DNA of 64,000 nt, from contig CAZIUA010000003.1 of assembly GCA_964542315.1 (NCBI GenBank), positions 3,679-67,678 of the forward strand, read 5' to 3'. The position numbers were made by a program, and so were the translations under genes. Shown here in pieces: positions 44,855 through 53,114 of the stretch; within the stretch, counting starts at the first letter, position 1; the number at the start of each line of letters is the position of its first letter. This stretch comes from an uncultured Faecalibacterium sp. (GTDB lineage Bacteria > Bacillota > Clostridia > Christensenellales > Aristaeellaceae). The notes beneath the pieces were generated by a model that saw nothing but the letters and a program-made list of their open reading frames with translations, did not search any database and was not told the origin of the DNA.

Positions 44855-46663
44855 TTAACCTCCTACGCCTTTGTCGATGGATGCGCCGGTGAGCTTGTTC
44901 ACGGCGAAATTGACCAGCAGCACGACCACGATGATCAGCAGGTTGATCGCGTTGCCGAACTGGGCCCAGCCCTTCTCGGAATACTGCATGAGCATGGTGG
45001 TCAGCAGCGTATTGCTGGTGGGGACCAGCAGCACGAACAGGGACAGCTCGCGCATGCAGGACACCATCGGCAGCAGATAGCCGGAGAGGAAGCTGCTCTT
45101 CTGGATGGGGAAGATGATGCGGAGCATCCGCTTGTACCACGGCACGCCGACGATGACGGCGGCCTCCTCGATCTCGCCGGACAGCTGGAGCATGGCGTTC
45201 ACGCCCGAGCGGGATGCAAAGGGCAGATATTTCACCGAGCCGACCAGCGCCAGCACCATGAAGCCCTGCAGGCCCGGCACGCGGGTGCTCATGGCCAGGT
45301 AGATCGCGCCGAAAGCCAGCGACGGCATCAGGTACGGGAAGAAGGACAGGTTGCTGACCAGGGTGGCCAGCTTGCTGTTGCGGCGCTTGACGATGCCATA
45401 GCCCACCAGCACGCCGCAGGTGCCTGCCACCAGCGCGCAGGTGATGGCCAGCAGCAGGCTGAAGCCCAGCGCCTTGAGCACCTTGGTGCTCAGCAGGATG
45501 CCGGTGGAGTCGCCCTGGTCCAGGTAATCCAGATTAGTGCCGATCCAGAAATCCAGCGTCATGTTGGACAGGGAGTAATCACCCGCCTTGATGATGATGG
45601 ATTCCAGCGCGAAGGTGATCAGCGGCACGACGGCCACCAGGATCATCACGATGGTGAGGATGATGGCGATGGGCCGGTTGAAGTGGCGCAGATTCACCAG
45701 GGAGATCTGGGAGGACTTGCCCGTGACGGTGGTGTAGCTCTTGCGGCTGCCGGTGATCTTCTGGTTGATGGCCAGGATCGTCACGCCGAAGACGATCATC
45801 ACCGCCGCGATGATGTAGCCCTGACCGGGATAGTTGTTGATCAGCGACATCATCTTGGTGGAGAGGACGTAATACCGGACCGGACTGCCCAGGAACACCG
45901 GCACGGAGTAGGCGCTCATGGAGCTGGCGAAAACCAGCAGGAGCGTGGAGAGCAGGGCCGGCTTGACGATGGGCAGCGTGATGCGCAGCATCGTGCGCCA
46001 GCGCGGCGTCTTGAGGATGGTGGCGGCTTCCTCCAGGTTGGCATCCATATTGCGCAGGATGCCGCCGATGAGGATGTAGGCAAAGGAGGCATAGTGCAGG
46101 CCGAGCACCAGCGCGATGGGGAAGAAGCCATACACGAACCACTCGGGCATGTACACCCCGAACACCGCTGCCATGATGCCGTTAGAGGTGCCGGCGCCCA
46201 CGTTGACATTCTTGAAGAAGGTCTGCCAGAAGGTCGCCAGCGTCCACGCGGGCATGATGTAGGGGAAGACGAAGACGGTCGAGATGAATTTCTTGTACTT
46301 CAGGTTGGTGCGCGTGATGAGCCAGGCCACCGTGCCGCCAAAGAGGATGGCGATGAAGGACGCCGTCAGTGCCACGGCGAGCGTGTTGAGCAGCGGCTCG
46401 TAGAAGGTGAGCTGACTATACTGATATTTGGCGGTGGCGAAGATCTGTTTGAAGCTGTACAGGGAGAAGGAGCCCACAGGGAGCTTGGTCGCGCGGACTT
46501 CCTTGCCCGCATGCACCGTGACGGTCTCCAGGAAGAGGAGGATCAGCGGATACAGCGTCAGCACACAGAGCACCACACAGAATGTGACCAGGATGATATT
46601 GGCCGGTTTGCTGAAGAAGGCACGCACACGCGCGCGCTGCTTAGCAGAGAACGGATTGCTCAT
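44855..46663 (-). CDS. fused double-domain ABC permease (FbpB/ThiP/AfuB-like)
   Basis: 602 aa with two tandem permease halves, each carrying an EAA-type loop (LEEAATILKTPRWRTMLRITLP and IEEAAVIVGVPWYKRMLRIIFP). Confidence 0.85.
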   Translation of the reverse strand: MSNPFSAKQRARVRAFFSKPANIILVTFCVVLCVLTLYPLILLFLETVTVHAGKEVRATKLPVGSFSLYSFKQIFATAKYQYSQLTFYEPLLNTLAVALTASFIAILFGGTVAWLITRTNLKYKKFISTVFVFPYIMPAWTLATFWQTFFKNVNVGAGTSNGIMAAVFGVYMPEWFVYGFFPIALVLGLHYASFAYILIGGILRNMDANLEEAATILKTPRWRTMLRITLPIVKPALLSTLLLVFASSMSAYSVPVFLGSPVRYYVLSTKMMSLINNYPGQGYIIAAVMIVFGVTILAINQKITGSRKSYTTVTGKSSQISLVNLRHFNRPIAIILTIVMILVAVVPLITFALESIIIKAGDYSLSNMTLDFWIGTNLDYLDQGDSTGILLSTKVLKALGFSLLLAITCALVAGTCGVLVGYGIVKRRNSKLATLVSNLSFFPYLMPSLAFGAIYLAMSTRVPGLQGFMVLALVGSVKYLPFASRSGVNAMLQLSGEIEEAAVIVGVPWYKRMLRIIFPIQKSSFLSGYLLPMVSCMRELSLFVLLVPTSNTLLTTMLMQYSEKGWAQFGNAINLLIIVVVLLVNFAVNKLTGASIDKGVGG

Positions 46664-46762
46664 AGGTTCACCTCAGCTTTTGCAGGATCGGGGGGATCAT
46701 GGCTGAAAAAGGGCTGTAAAGCTGCCGCTTTACAGCCCGGGAGCACATGAACGGGGAGAAAC

Positions 46763-47911
46763 TTACTGCAGGTACATGTTGACGAAGGCGTAGACGTCCT
46801 CATAGTGGTCGAGGATGAACTCGGGGTCTTCCATGACCAGGGAAGCCTTCCAGTCCGCCAGGGGCAGGTCGCCCTCCAGAGGAGCGATCTCAGTGTTGGT
46901 GGAGTAAGCGCCGATGGACTTGCCCCAGGGCTTGAAGCCGTCCGCACCCATCAGGTACTCGATGAAGAGCATCGCGGTGTAGGGACGCTGGGCATTGGCG
47001 GACACCATGGCATACATGGGATACATGAAGCCGGAGAAGGGCTCGATGGGGGTGCCGGTCTCAGCGGCCTGATACTGGCCGACGGTCAGGTTCTCGGTGT
47101 AGACGGAGGAGGAACGCAGCTTGGACAGCACGAACAGGCCGACCTTGCCCTGCGCGGTCTCCTGGGAGACTTCCTCGGCCAGGGTCGTGTCGGACTTGCC
47201 GAACACGCAGTTGCCCAGGAACTCGGCGATCCACTTGTAGCCGGCGTTCTCGTATTCGCCCAGCTCGATCTCCTTGCCGTAGAGGTTCTTGTACGCCTCA
47301 GCCAGCTTCGTGGACCATTCGTCATTGGTCAGCATCACCAGGAAGTTCATGTTGACCTGCTCCTGGTCGGGGGACTTGAAGACGATGTTGCCCTTGAACT
47401 GCTCTTCCGTCAGCTGCCACACGTTGGTGATGGCGGGGACGTTGTCGCCCTTGTTGTTCCAGATGAAGACCTTGTTGATGAACTGCTGGATGAGGGGATT
47501 CTGATCACCCTCGGCGATCTGGTCCTTGACGGATGCAGGCACGAAGTTGACCAGGTAGCCCTGGGCGATGGCCACATCCTGCAGGGACGCGCCGTCCTGG
47601 ATCATGACCATGTCAGCGCCCTTCACCTTGCCGCCGATCTCGTTTTCCAGCTTGGTGTAGATCTCCTGATCCTTCAGGTTGCTGCCTTCGATGGTGATGC
47701 CGTACAGCTGGCCGAAATTCTCCGCAGCGGTGACGATACGGCTGGTGTTGCCGTACACCACGAAGGTGCCTTCCTCAGCCAGCGCCTTGGCGACCAGCTC
47801 GTCATGGGTCATGGATTCGGCCGCCTTGGCCAGATCCGCCACGGATTCCGCCATGGCGCAGGTGCCTGCCAGCATCATCAGGGCCAGCAGCAGGGAAATG
47901 AGTTTCTTCAT
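46763..47911 (-). CDS. ABC substrate-binding protein (iron / thiamine / sugar-phosphate type cluster)
   Basis: Signal peptide MKKLISLLLALMMLAGTCAMAES after AAGGAGG. The layout resembles SBP_bac_6/8-type proteins. Substrate unknown. Confidence 0.8.
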   Translation of the reverse strand: MKKLISLLLALMMLAGTCAMAESVADLAKAAESMTHDELVAKALAEEGTFVVYGNTSRIVTAAENFGQLYGITIEGSNLKDQEIYTKLENEIGGKVKGADMVMIQDGASLQDVAIAQGYLVNFVPASVKDQIAEGDQNPLIQQFINKVFIWNNKGDNVPAITNVWQLTEEQFKGNIVFKSPDQEQVNMNFLVMLTNDEWSTKLAEAYKNLYGKEIELGEYENAGYKWIAEFLGNCVFGKSDTTLAEEVSQETAQGKVGLFVLSKLRSSSVYTENLTVGQYQAAETGTPIEPFSGFMYPMYAMVSANAQRPYTAMLFIEYLMGADGFKPWGKSIGAYSTNTEIAPLEGDLPLADWKASLVMEDPEFILDHYEDVYAFVNMYLQ

Positions 47912-47959
47912 ACAGGGAAACCTCCTTACCATATTGAACGAACGAATGCCGTTGCCTAT

Positions 47960-47988
47960 AATATACTCTTTTAAGGCCAGATTGTCAA
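47960..47988 (-). promoter_or_regulatory. sigma-A type promoter of the ABC importer operon
   Basis: Read on the minus strand: TTGACA, 17-nt spacer, TATATT. Confidence 0.55.
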
Positions 47989-48152
47989 TTTGTTTCGGCA
48001 ATAAAATGGAGAGAAAGTGAACGGGAAGGCGTCCGTCCGCCCCTGCGGAAAATCCTGACCCTCGTTTTGCCCCCCATGACTACCGTTTTGACTACCACAG
48101 CATGTTATTTCTGGTCATTTCAGCGCAGATGCGCAAGCTGCGATGATACAAC

Positions 48153-48183
48153 AAAACCCCTGCAATCCTTGGAATTGCAGGGG
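48153..48183 (-). terminator. rho-independent terminator after tRNA-Arg
   Basis: 10-bp stem CCCCTGCAAT/ATTGCAGGGG, with the T-run on the minus strand. Confidence 0.8.
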
Positions 48184-48192
48184 TTTCAAGCG

Positions 48193-48266
48193 TACGCCCG
48201 GCAGGATTCGAACCTGTGACCTTCAGAGTCGGAGTCTGACACTCTATCCAACTGAGCTACGAGCGC
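48193..48266 (-). tRNA. tRNA-Arg (anticodon CCG)
   Basis: Manual cloverleaf: GCGCTCG acceptor, GCTC/GAGT D-stem, TCAGA-CTCCGAC-TCTGA anticodon arm, TTCGAAT T-loop. 74 nt, no encoded CCA. One A-C mismatch in the T-stem. Confidence 0.85.
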
Positions 48267-48277
48267 TCACAACGGAT

Positions 48278-48306
48278 ATCATACCACAGAAGGGGCGGAA
48301 AATCAA
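48278..48306 (-). promoter_or_regulatory. sigma-A type promoter for tRNA-Arg (extended -10)
   Basis: Read on the minus strand: TTGATT, 17-nt spacer ending in TGG, TATGAT. The tRNA 5' end lies about 11 nt downstream. Confidence 0.6.
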
Positions 48307-48420
48307 GGGGTGAAGGCTGTTTCTTTTCGGCGGAAGCGCGCGATGCGGAAGCAAGGATCCGCCGCAGTTGTGAACAAAATGAAAAAAATGCAAAAAGACA
48401 GGCTGCAGGGGCAAACACCT

Positions 48421-48449
48421 TTGCAATTTGGCGAGAAATATGCTACAAT
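48421..48449 (+). promoter_or_regulatory. sigma-A type promoter
   Basis: TTGCAA, 17-nt spacer, TACAAT. Confidence 0.55.
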
Positions 48450-48471
48450 GATGACAAATATTCCTGTCTGC

Positions 48472-48936
48472 ATGAAAGGAGGCGTTCCCGCCGTGCATCA
48501 GCCCATATCCCGTTCGTTTGCCGCGCTGTTCATCGCGGTGATGCTCCTGTGCGCTGTGACCGTTGCAGGCACGCTGTTCCAGCAGGCGTCCACCGCGGAG
48601 GAGATCACGCAGGTGTCCGCCAATCTGGAGGCCGTCTCGCAGCGGCTGAAGAAGCAGCAGGTGGAGTATGCCCAGGTGCAGGAGAAACTGCCGCAGGTGC
48701 AGGCGGAGCTGGCGCTCATGCAGCCCCAGGCGGATGAGATCCAGACCGAAGAAAAGGAACTGCGACAGCAGCGGAAGGATCTGCGTGCGGAAAACGCAGC
48801 CCTGGCGGAGGAGATCGCGCAGCTGCAGGCGCAGGTGGCGGAGGCCGATGCGGAAGCCGCCCAGACGGCGGAGACCATCGACCACCTGAATGACGCCCTT
48901 GCGCAGCTGCAGGCCGGTATGCCCCTGGCGGAATGA
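48472..48936 (+). CDS. membrane-anchored coiled-coil protein
   Basis: TM segment FAALFIAVMLLCAVTVAGTLF followed by about 110 aa of heptad-like Q/E/A/L sequence. The start is ATG at 48472 or, better placed after GAAAGGAGG, GTG at 48493. The track start at 48310 is upstream of the promoter. Confidence 0.55.
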   Translation: MKGGVPAVHQPISRSFAALFIAVMLLCAVTVAGTLFQQASTAEEITQVSANLEAVSQRLKKQQVEYAQVQEKLPQVQAELALMQPQADEIQTEEKELRQQRKDLRAENAALAEEIAQLQAQVAEADAEAAQTAETIDHLNDALAQLQAGMPLAE

Positions 48937-48996
48937 GTCATCTGCGCGTCCGTGCGGCGCGTTGAATAATTCGATCATTGAAGGAGGAATCCACTT

Positions 48997-50109
48997 ATGG
49001 ACCAGAACGAACAGAAGGCATCTGTCCCTGTCACTCAGCCCGAAGCAGCGGCTAAGAAGAACGCGCCCCTTATCGCGCTGATCGCTGTGCTGGTGGTGGC
49101 TGTTGCGCTGATCGTGGTGCTCTTTGCCCGCTCCAACAACCTGAACTCCCAGCTGGATAACCTGAACAATGAGCTGACGTCCACCAATGCGACCCTGCAT
49201 CAGACCGTCACCGACAAGGAGGCCGTCCAGGCCCAGCTGACCGCTGCGGAGGCGGATCTGCGCGAGGCCAAGCTGACCCTGGAAGAATCCACCCAGAAGG
49301 TGGCGGAACTGGAAGGCCAGCTGACCACCCTGACCGAGGAAAACAACGCCAACAAGGCGCAGATCGCCGTCCTGACGGCGGATCTGGAGACCGCCAAGGC
49401 CAACAAGGCCGCCGCGGAGGTCTACCTGGCCGATGTGGAGACCAGCATCCAGATGGCGCTGGCGGCCCTGAACGGCGAGACCTATGTCCCCGAAACCTCC
49501 GAGGAGCCCGAAGTCGTGGCTGAGCCCGTGGCCGAAGAGCCTGTGACCGAGGAGCCCGTGGCTGAGGAGCCCGTGGCCGAAGAGCCCGTCACCGAAGAAC
49601 CCGTCACCGAAGAGCCCGTGGCCGAAGAGCCTGTTGCTGAGGAGCCCGTGGCCGAAGAGCCCGTCACCGAAGAGCCCGTCACCGAAGAGCCCGTGGCCGA
49701 AGAGCCTGTTGCTGAGGAGCCTGTGACCGAGGAGCCCGTGGCTGAGGAGCCTGTTGCAGAGGAGCCTGTTGCTGAGGAGCCCGAAGTGCCTGCTGAGCAG
49801 CCCGTGGTTGTCGATGAGGTCGTCGGCGAAGTGAAGACTGCGACGGCGAAGGGCTTCAATGGCGATGTGACTGTGACCGTCACCCTGAATGCGGATGGTA
49901 CCATCGTCGCCCTGACGGTGGATGTTTCCGGCGAGACCGTCGGCTATGGCCAGAAGTGCGGCAAGGCGGACTTCCTGGATCAGTTCATCGGTCTGACCCT
50001 GCCCGTGGCGCTGACCACTGCGGACGTCCCCGGGATCGACGCTGTTTCCGGCGCCACCGTGACCTCCCAGGCCATCATCGATGCGCTGAACAGCCTGGTC
50101 GCGGAGTGA
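48997..50109 (+). CDS. membrane-anchored coiled-coil / EEPV-repeat stalk protein with a C-terminal FMN-binding domain
   Basis: TM segment LIALIAVLVVAVALIVVLF, then a coiled-coil segment and 16 x EEPV[AT]. The C-terminus carries DAVSGATVTSQAI, which matches the D-x-x-[ST]-G-A-[ST] flavinylation motif of FMN_bind domains. Confidence 0.7.
   Translation: MDQNEQKASVPVTQPEAAAKKNAPLIALIAVLVVAVALIVVLFARSNNLNSQLDNLNNELTSTNATLHQTVTDKEAVQAQLTAAEADLREAKLTLEESTQKVAELEGQLTTLTEENNANKAQIAVLTADLETAKANKAAAEVYLADVETSIQMALAALNGETYVPETSEEPEVVAEPVAEEPVTEEPVAEEPVAEEPVTEEPVTEEPVAEEPVAEEPVAEEPVTEEPVTEEPVAEEPVAEEPVTEEPVAEEPVAEEPVAEEPEVPAEQPVVVDEVVGEVKTATAKGFNGDVTVTVTLNADGTIVALTVDVSGETVGYGQKCGKADFLDQFIGLTLPVALTTADVPGIDAVSGATVTSQAIIDALNSLVAE
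49534..49773 (+). repeat. in-frame tandem repeat, 16 x 15 nt (EEPVA/EEPVT)
   Basis: GAAGAGCCCGTGGCC-type units. Contains a near-identical duplication of about 75 nt, giving higher-order periodicity. Confidence 0.95.
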
Positions 50110-50133
50110 CGATCTCTCCCCACACAACACATA

Positions 50134-50164
50134 GCCCCCGAGCCGCATATGGCCCGGGGGTTTT
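50134..50164 (+). terminator. rho-independent terminator
   Basis: GCCCCCG...CGGGGG followed by TTTT. Confidence 0.6.
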
Positions 50165-50186
50165 CTCAAGAAAGGAGTTGCCAAGC

Positions 50187-50807
50187 ATGAAACGATGTCT
50201 TTGCCTGCTGCTCTGCCTGCTGATGTGCCCCTTTGCGCTGGCGGAAAGCGAATTCAAGGAGGAAGCGCTGCGCCAGATGGAGAACATCAGCACCTACCTG
50301 GAGCCGGGTACGTCCAGCACCGTGTACCGCCTGGTGAATCAGCCCTACCGCGGCCAGGTGGATGCACCGTATGACGGCTACCTGGTGGCGTATGTGGATT
50401 TCGTGACCCTGCCGGATCATGGCGTGACCCTTCCGCGTCTGCTGATCTCCATCGAGGCGTATGAGCCGGTCTCGGCGGACGCGATGCGCGTCACCGTCGG
50501 CGGCAAGGCGTATACCTTCGCCGTGCAGGGCGATCAGTCCGAATACGACGATGTGTATATGGAGGATTACGCCGTGTGCCTGAGCGCGGCCAGCCTGCCT
50601 CTGCTGAAGAACATCGCCCAGCAGAAGAAGGACAAGCCCGTCACGGTGGAGTTCCTCGTGCAGGACGAGGTGATGTTCGCAGGCGAGGTGGTCATTCCCG
50701 GCGCGGAAGCTGCCACGCTCTACGATGCCTTCATCAACTGTGGCGGCAAGCGGCAGGATCTGACCTGGTTTGACGAGATCTGGCCGCTGATCACCGATGC
50801 GAAATGA
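50187..50807 (+). CDS. secreted protein of unknown function
   Basis: Signal peptide MKRCLCLLLCLLMCPFALAESE after AAAGGAG. Confidence 0.55.
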   Translation: MKRCLCLLLCLLMCPFALAESEFKEEALRQMENISTYLEPGTSSTVYRLVNQPYRGQVDAPYDGYLVAYVDFVTLPDHGVTLPRLLISIEAYEPVSADAMRVTVGGKAYTFAVQGDQSEYDDVYMEDYAVCLSAASLPLLKNIAQQKKDKPVTVEFLVQDEVMFAGEVVIPGAEAATLYDAFINCGGKRQDLTWFDEIWPLITDAK

Positions 50808-50836
50808 TCCGCAGGCTGCCAAATTATAAGCTGTTC

Positions 50837-51024
50837 GCGTCAGATGCTCGCCGTCGGCAGACTGCAAATCGAAAATCGGCGACATACGCGGCGATTTTCG
50901 GGCGATCTTGCTTGCAATAATCGCTTCATCACACGGAGGAACGGCCGTCAGGCTGCTTGTAGCCCTGACAGTGACGGAGTGCAAAACTCAAAAAAGTGGC
51001 TTTCGCCACTTTTTTGATACCCTG
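50837..51024 (+). repeat. 188-bp structured repeat family C, copy 2
   Basis: Aligns with the reverse complement of 34185-34372. Contains the AAAAAAGTGGCTTTCGCCACTTTTTT terminator hairpin (50990-51015). Confidence 0.9.
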
Positions 51025-51106
51025 CGGAACGAGCATTCATCGTGCCCGTTCCGCTTTTTGTATGCTCATCTTTGGTCCGTTCCGCAGTGAAACAGGCAGT
51101 CCACCG

Positions 51107-53113
51107 TCAATGGGCGGCGCTGTTGCCTTCGATCTCCTCCAGCTGCTCATACACGCGCAGCATTTCGCCGACGCTCCACGCCTGTGCGAAGCATCCGCGG
51201 GACGCCGAGGGCGTCAGGCCGTCGTAAATTTCGGGCAGCTGACCGATGCAGCCCTCGTGCAGGGCGGCCTCCATGGGGGCGAGCGCCTCCCGGACGTCCG
51301 CCGCGGCCTGCCGGGTATGCCCATGCACCTTCAAATACGCCGAATAGTACGCGCCCAGCGGGAAGACCCACACCGTGCCCTGATGATAGGCCATGTCGCG
51401 TACCTTCTGTTCGCCGCTGTAGACCGGGTGGAACTGCGCATCCTCCGGCGAGAGCGTCCGCAGGCCGCAGGGCGTGTACAGGTGCGCATACACCGTATCC
51501 AGCACGGCGCGCTCCTGCTCCGGGGTGAGCATGGTGAAGGGCTGCGTCAGCGCCCAGATCTGATTGCAGCGGATCTGCTCATCCGCCGCCGTGCCGGAAA
51601 TGACATCGCGCAGGCAGGCTTTGTCCGCCATCCAGAACGCATCGACGAACGATGCGCGCACCTGCCCGGCCAGCTCGGCGTAATCCCGGCGATCCAGCCC
51701 CATTTCCTCCGCCAGCGCATCCATCACGCGCAGCGCGCTGTACCAGTAGGCGTTGATCTCCACGGGCTTGCCGTGACGCGGCGTCGGCAGGATCTCTCCC
51801 ACGCGCACGTCCATCCACGTCACCTGATCCAGCCCTTCGCCCGCGCAGATCAGCCCATCGGCATCCATGTGAATGCCATGCTGCGTCCCCTTGCGGTAGC
51901 AGGCGATGATATGCTCCAGCACCGGCCAGGCTTCCCGGGCGAAGTCCAGGTCATCCGTCTTGCGCACATACTGCCAGAGGACGTTCACCATGAGCAGCGC
52001 CGCATCTGCCGTGTTGTACATCGGCTGCGATTCGCCCTCAGGGAAGAGGTTCGGCACCAGGCCATCCTTTTCATAGGTCAGGAAGGTCCGCAGGATGCTC
52101 TTTGCATCCTTGAAGCGTCCGGCGGACAGCGTGCAGCCTGCCATGGCGATCATCGTGTCGCGTCCCCAGTCGCCAAAGAAGGGGTAGCCGGCCAGCAGCG
52201 TCTTGCCGCCGGTGGACGCACGCAGCGCCACATAGGCATCCGCCGCGCTGACAAGCTGGAGCGCCGTGGCATCCGTCAGGCCGGAAAGCCCGCGCAGGAT
52301 CGTCATGCGCGTCCGGTGCGCCTGGAGGATCGCCTCGGCATCCATGTCGCACGGCACATCGGAGAACACCGCCCAGAGGGTGCGCTTTTCACCCGGCGCA
52401 ACGCTGATGCTGATGCTGCATGCGCTGCCCGTCAGGCCGAAACCGGGGCGGCCGTCCGGCGCATCATGACGGTAGGCATGCATGGCGTAGCGCGCAGGCT
52501 CCTGCTGGATGGCGCCGTTGGTGCGGACACGGATCGCGGTATCATTGGTGATGATGCAGCCCTTGCCCCACCGGATGGGCCAGCGGCGCTGGGGCGCTTC
52601 GCCCTTGGGGAAGCCCAGCACAAAGGGGCGGATGCGCAGCTCGCAGGGCGATGCGGTGCGGTTCTCCACCGTGTAGCGGATCGCCACGGCATTCTGCCCC
52701 TGCGCCATGGCGGCCTCACGGGTGACGCATACGCCGCGTGCGTCATAGCGCCAGCAGGGGACATCCTCCACCGTCAGGGAGGACAGCAGGCGATAGCCCT
52801 CCTCGGGGGGCGTGCCGTCGCCGAATTGCTGGGTGGAGAGGAATTCCTCCCGACCGGCATGGGAAAGGGTCTCCTGCAGGCGCGCCAGAAGCGCCACGCG
52901 GTCATTGGGCGCGGTGCGCGCAGAAACGAGCAGCCCCTGATCCGCCCGCGTCATGGAAAACGCGGCCGACAGCGAACTGTATCCGCCAAGGCCATTGGTC
53001 AGCAGGAAGCAATTCTCCTGCGCGCGCATGAGGGTCGGCATATCCTGCCGTCCATAAACAAATTTCACGGTTGCGTCCTCCATTCCGGGGTGATGATGCA
53101 GGGGCTGCTGCAT
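51107..53113 (-). CDS. glycogen-debranching-enzyme-like protein (amylo-alpha-1,6-glucosidase / GDE_C family)
   Basis: N-terminus ...NCFLLTNGLGGYSS... with an (alpha/alpha)6-type C-terminal half (GYPFFGDWGRDTMIA, FPEGESQPMYNTADAALL), as remembered for bacterial/archaeal GDE proteins. The start is uncertain (ATG at 53113 or 53083; the track start at 53125 is TTG). Confidence 0.75.
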   Translation of the reverse strand: MQQPLHHHPGMEDATVKFVYGRQDMPTLMRAQENCFLLTNGLGGYSSLSAAFSMTRADQGLLVSARTAPNDRVALLARLQETLSHAGREEFLSTQQFGDGTPPEEGYRLLSSLTVEDVPCWRYDARGVCVTREAAMAQGQNAVAIRYTVENRTASPCELRIRPFVLGFPKGEAPQRRWPIRWGKGCIITNDTAIRVRTNGAIQQEPARYAMHAYRHDAPDGRPGFGLTGSACSISISVAPGEKRTLWAVFSDVPCDMDAEAILQAHRTRMTILRGLSGLTDATALQLVSAADAYVALRASTGGKTLLAGYPFFGDWGRDTMIAMAGCTLSAGRFKDAKSILRTFLTYEKDGLVPNLFPEGESQPMYNTADAALLMVNVLWQYVRKTDDLDFAREAWPVLEHIIACYRKGTQHGIHMDADGLICAGEGLDQVTWMDVRVGEILPTPRHGKPVEINAYWYSALRVMDALAEEMGLDRRDYAELAGQVRASFVDAFWMADKACLRDVISGTAADEQIRCNQIWALTQPFTMLTPEQERAVLDTVYAHLYTPCGLRTLSPEDAQFHPVYSGEQKVRDMAYHQGTVWVFPLGAYYSAYLKVHGHTRQAAADVREALAPMEAALHEGCIGQLPEIYDGLTPSASRGCFAQAWSVGEMLRVYEQLEEIEGNSAAH

Positions 53114-53114
53114 T

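Noticed and set aside
49534-49773. A regular short repeat array that could be mistaken for a CRISPR array.
   Set aside because: The units are 15 nt, contiguous with no spacers, in frame inside a long ORF (EEPVA/EEPVT), and no cas genes are present.
34185-51024. Interpreting the block between the 188-bp inverted repeats as a composite transposon or genomic island.
   Set aside because: There is no transposase, integrase or recombinase gene and no target-site duplication that I could see. The internal tRNA is not at a boundary, and composition looks like the flanks. Only the inversion or terminator-cassette hypotheses are retained.
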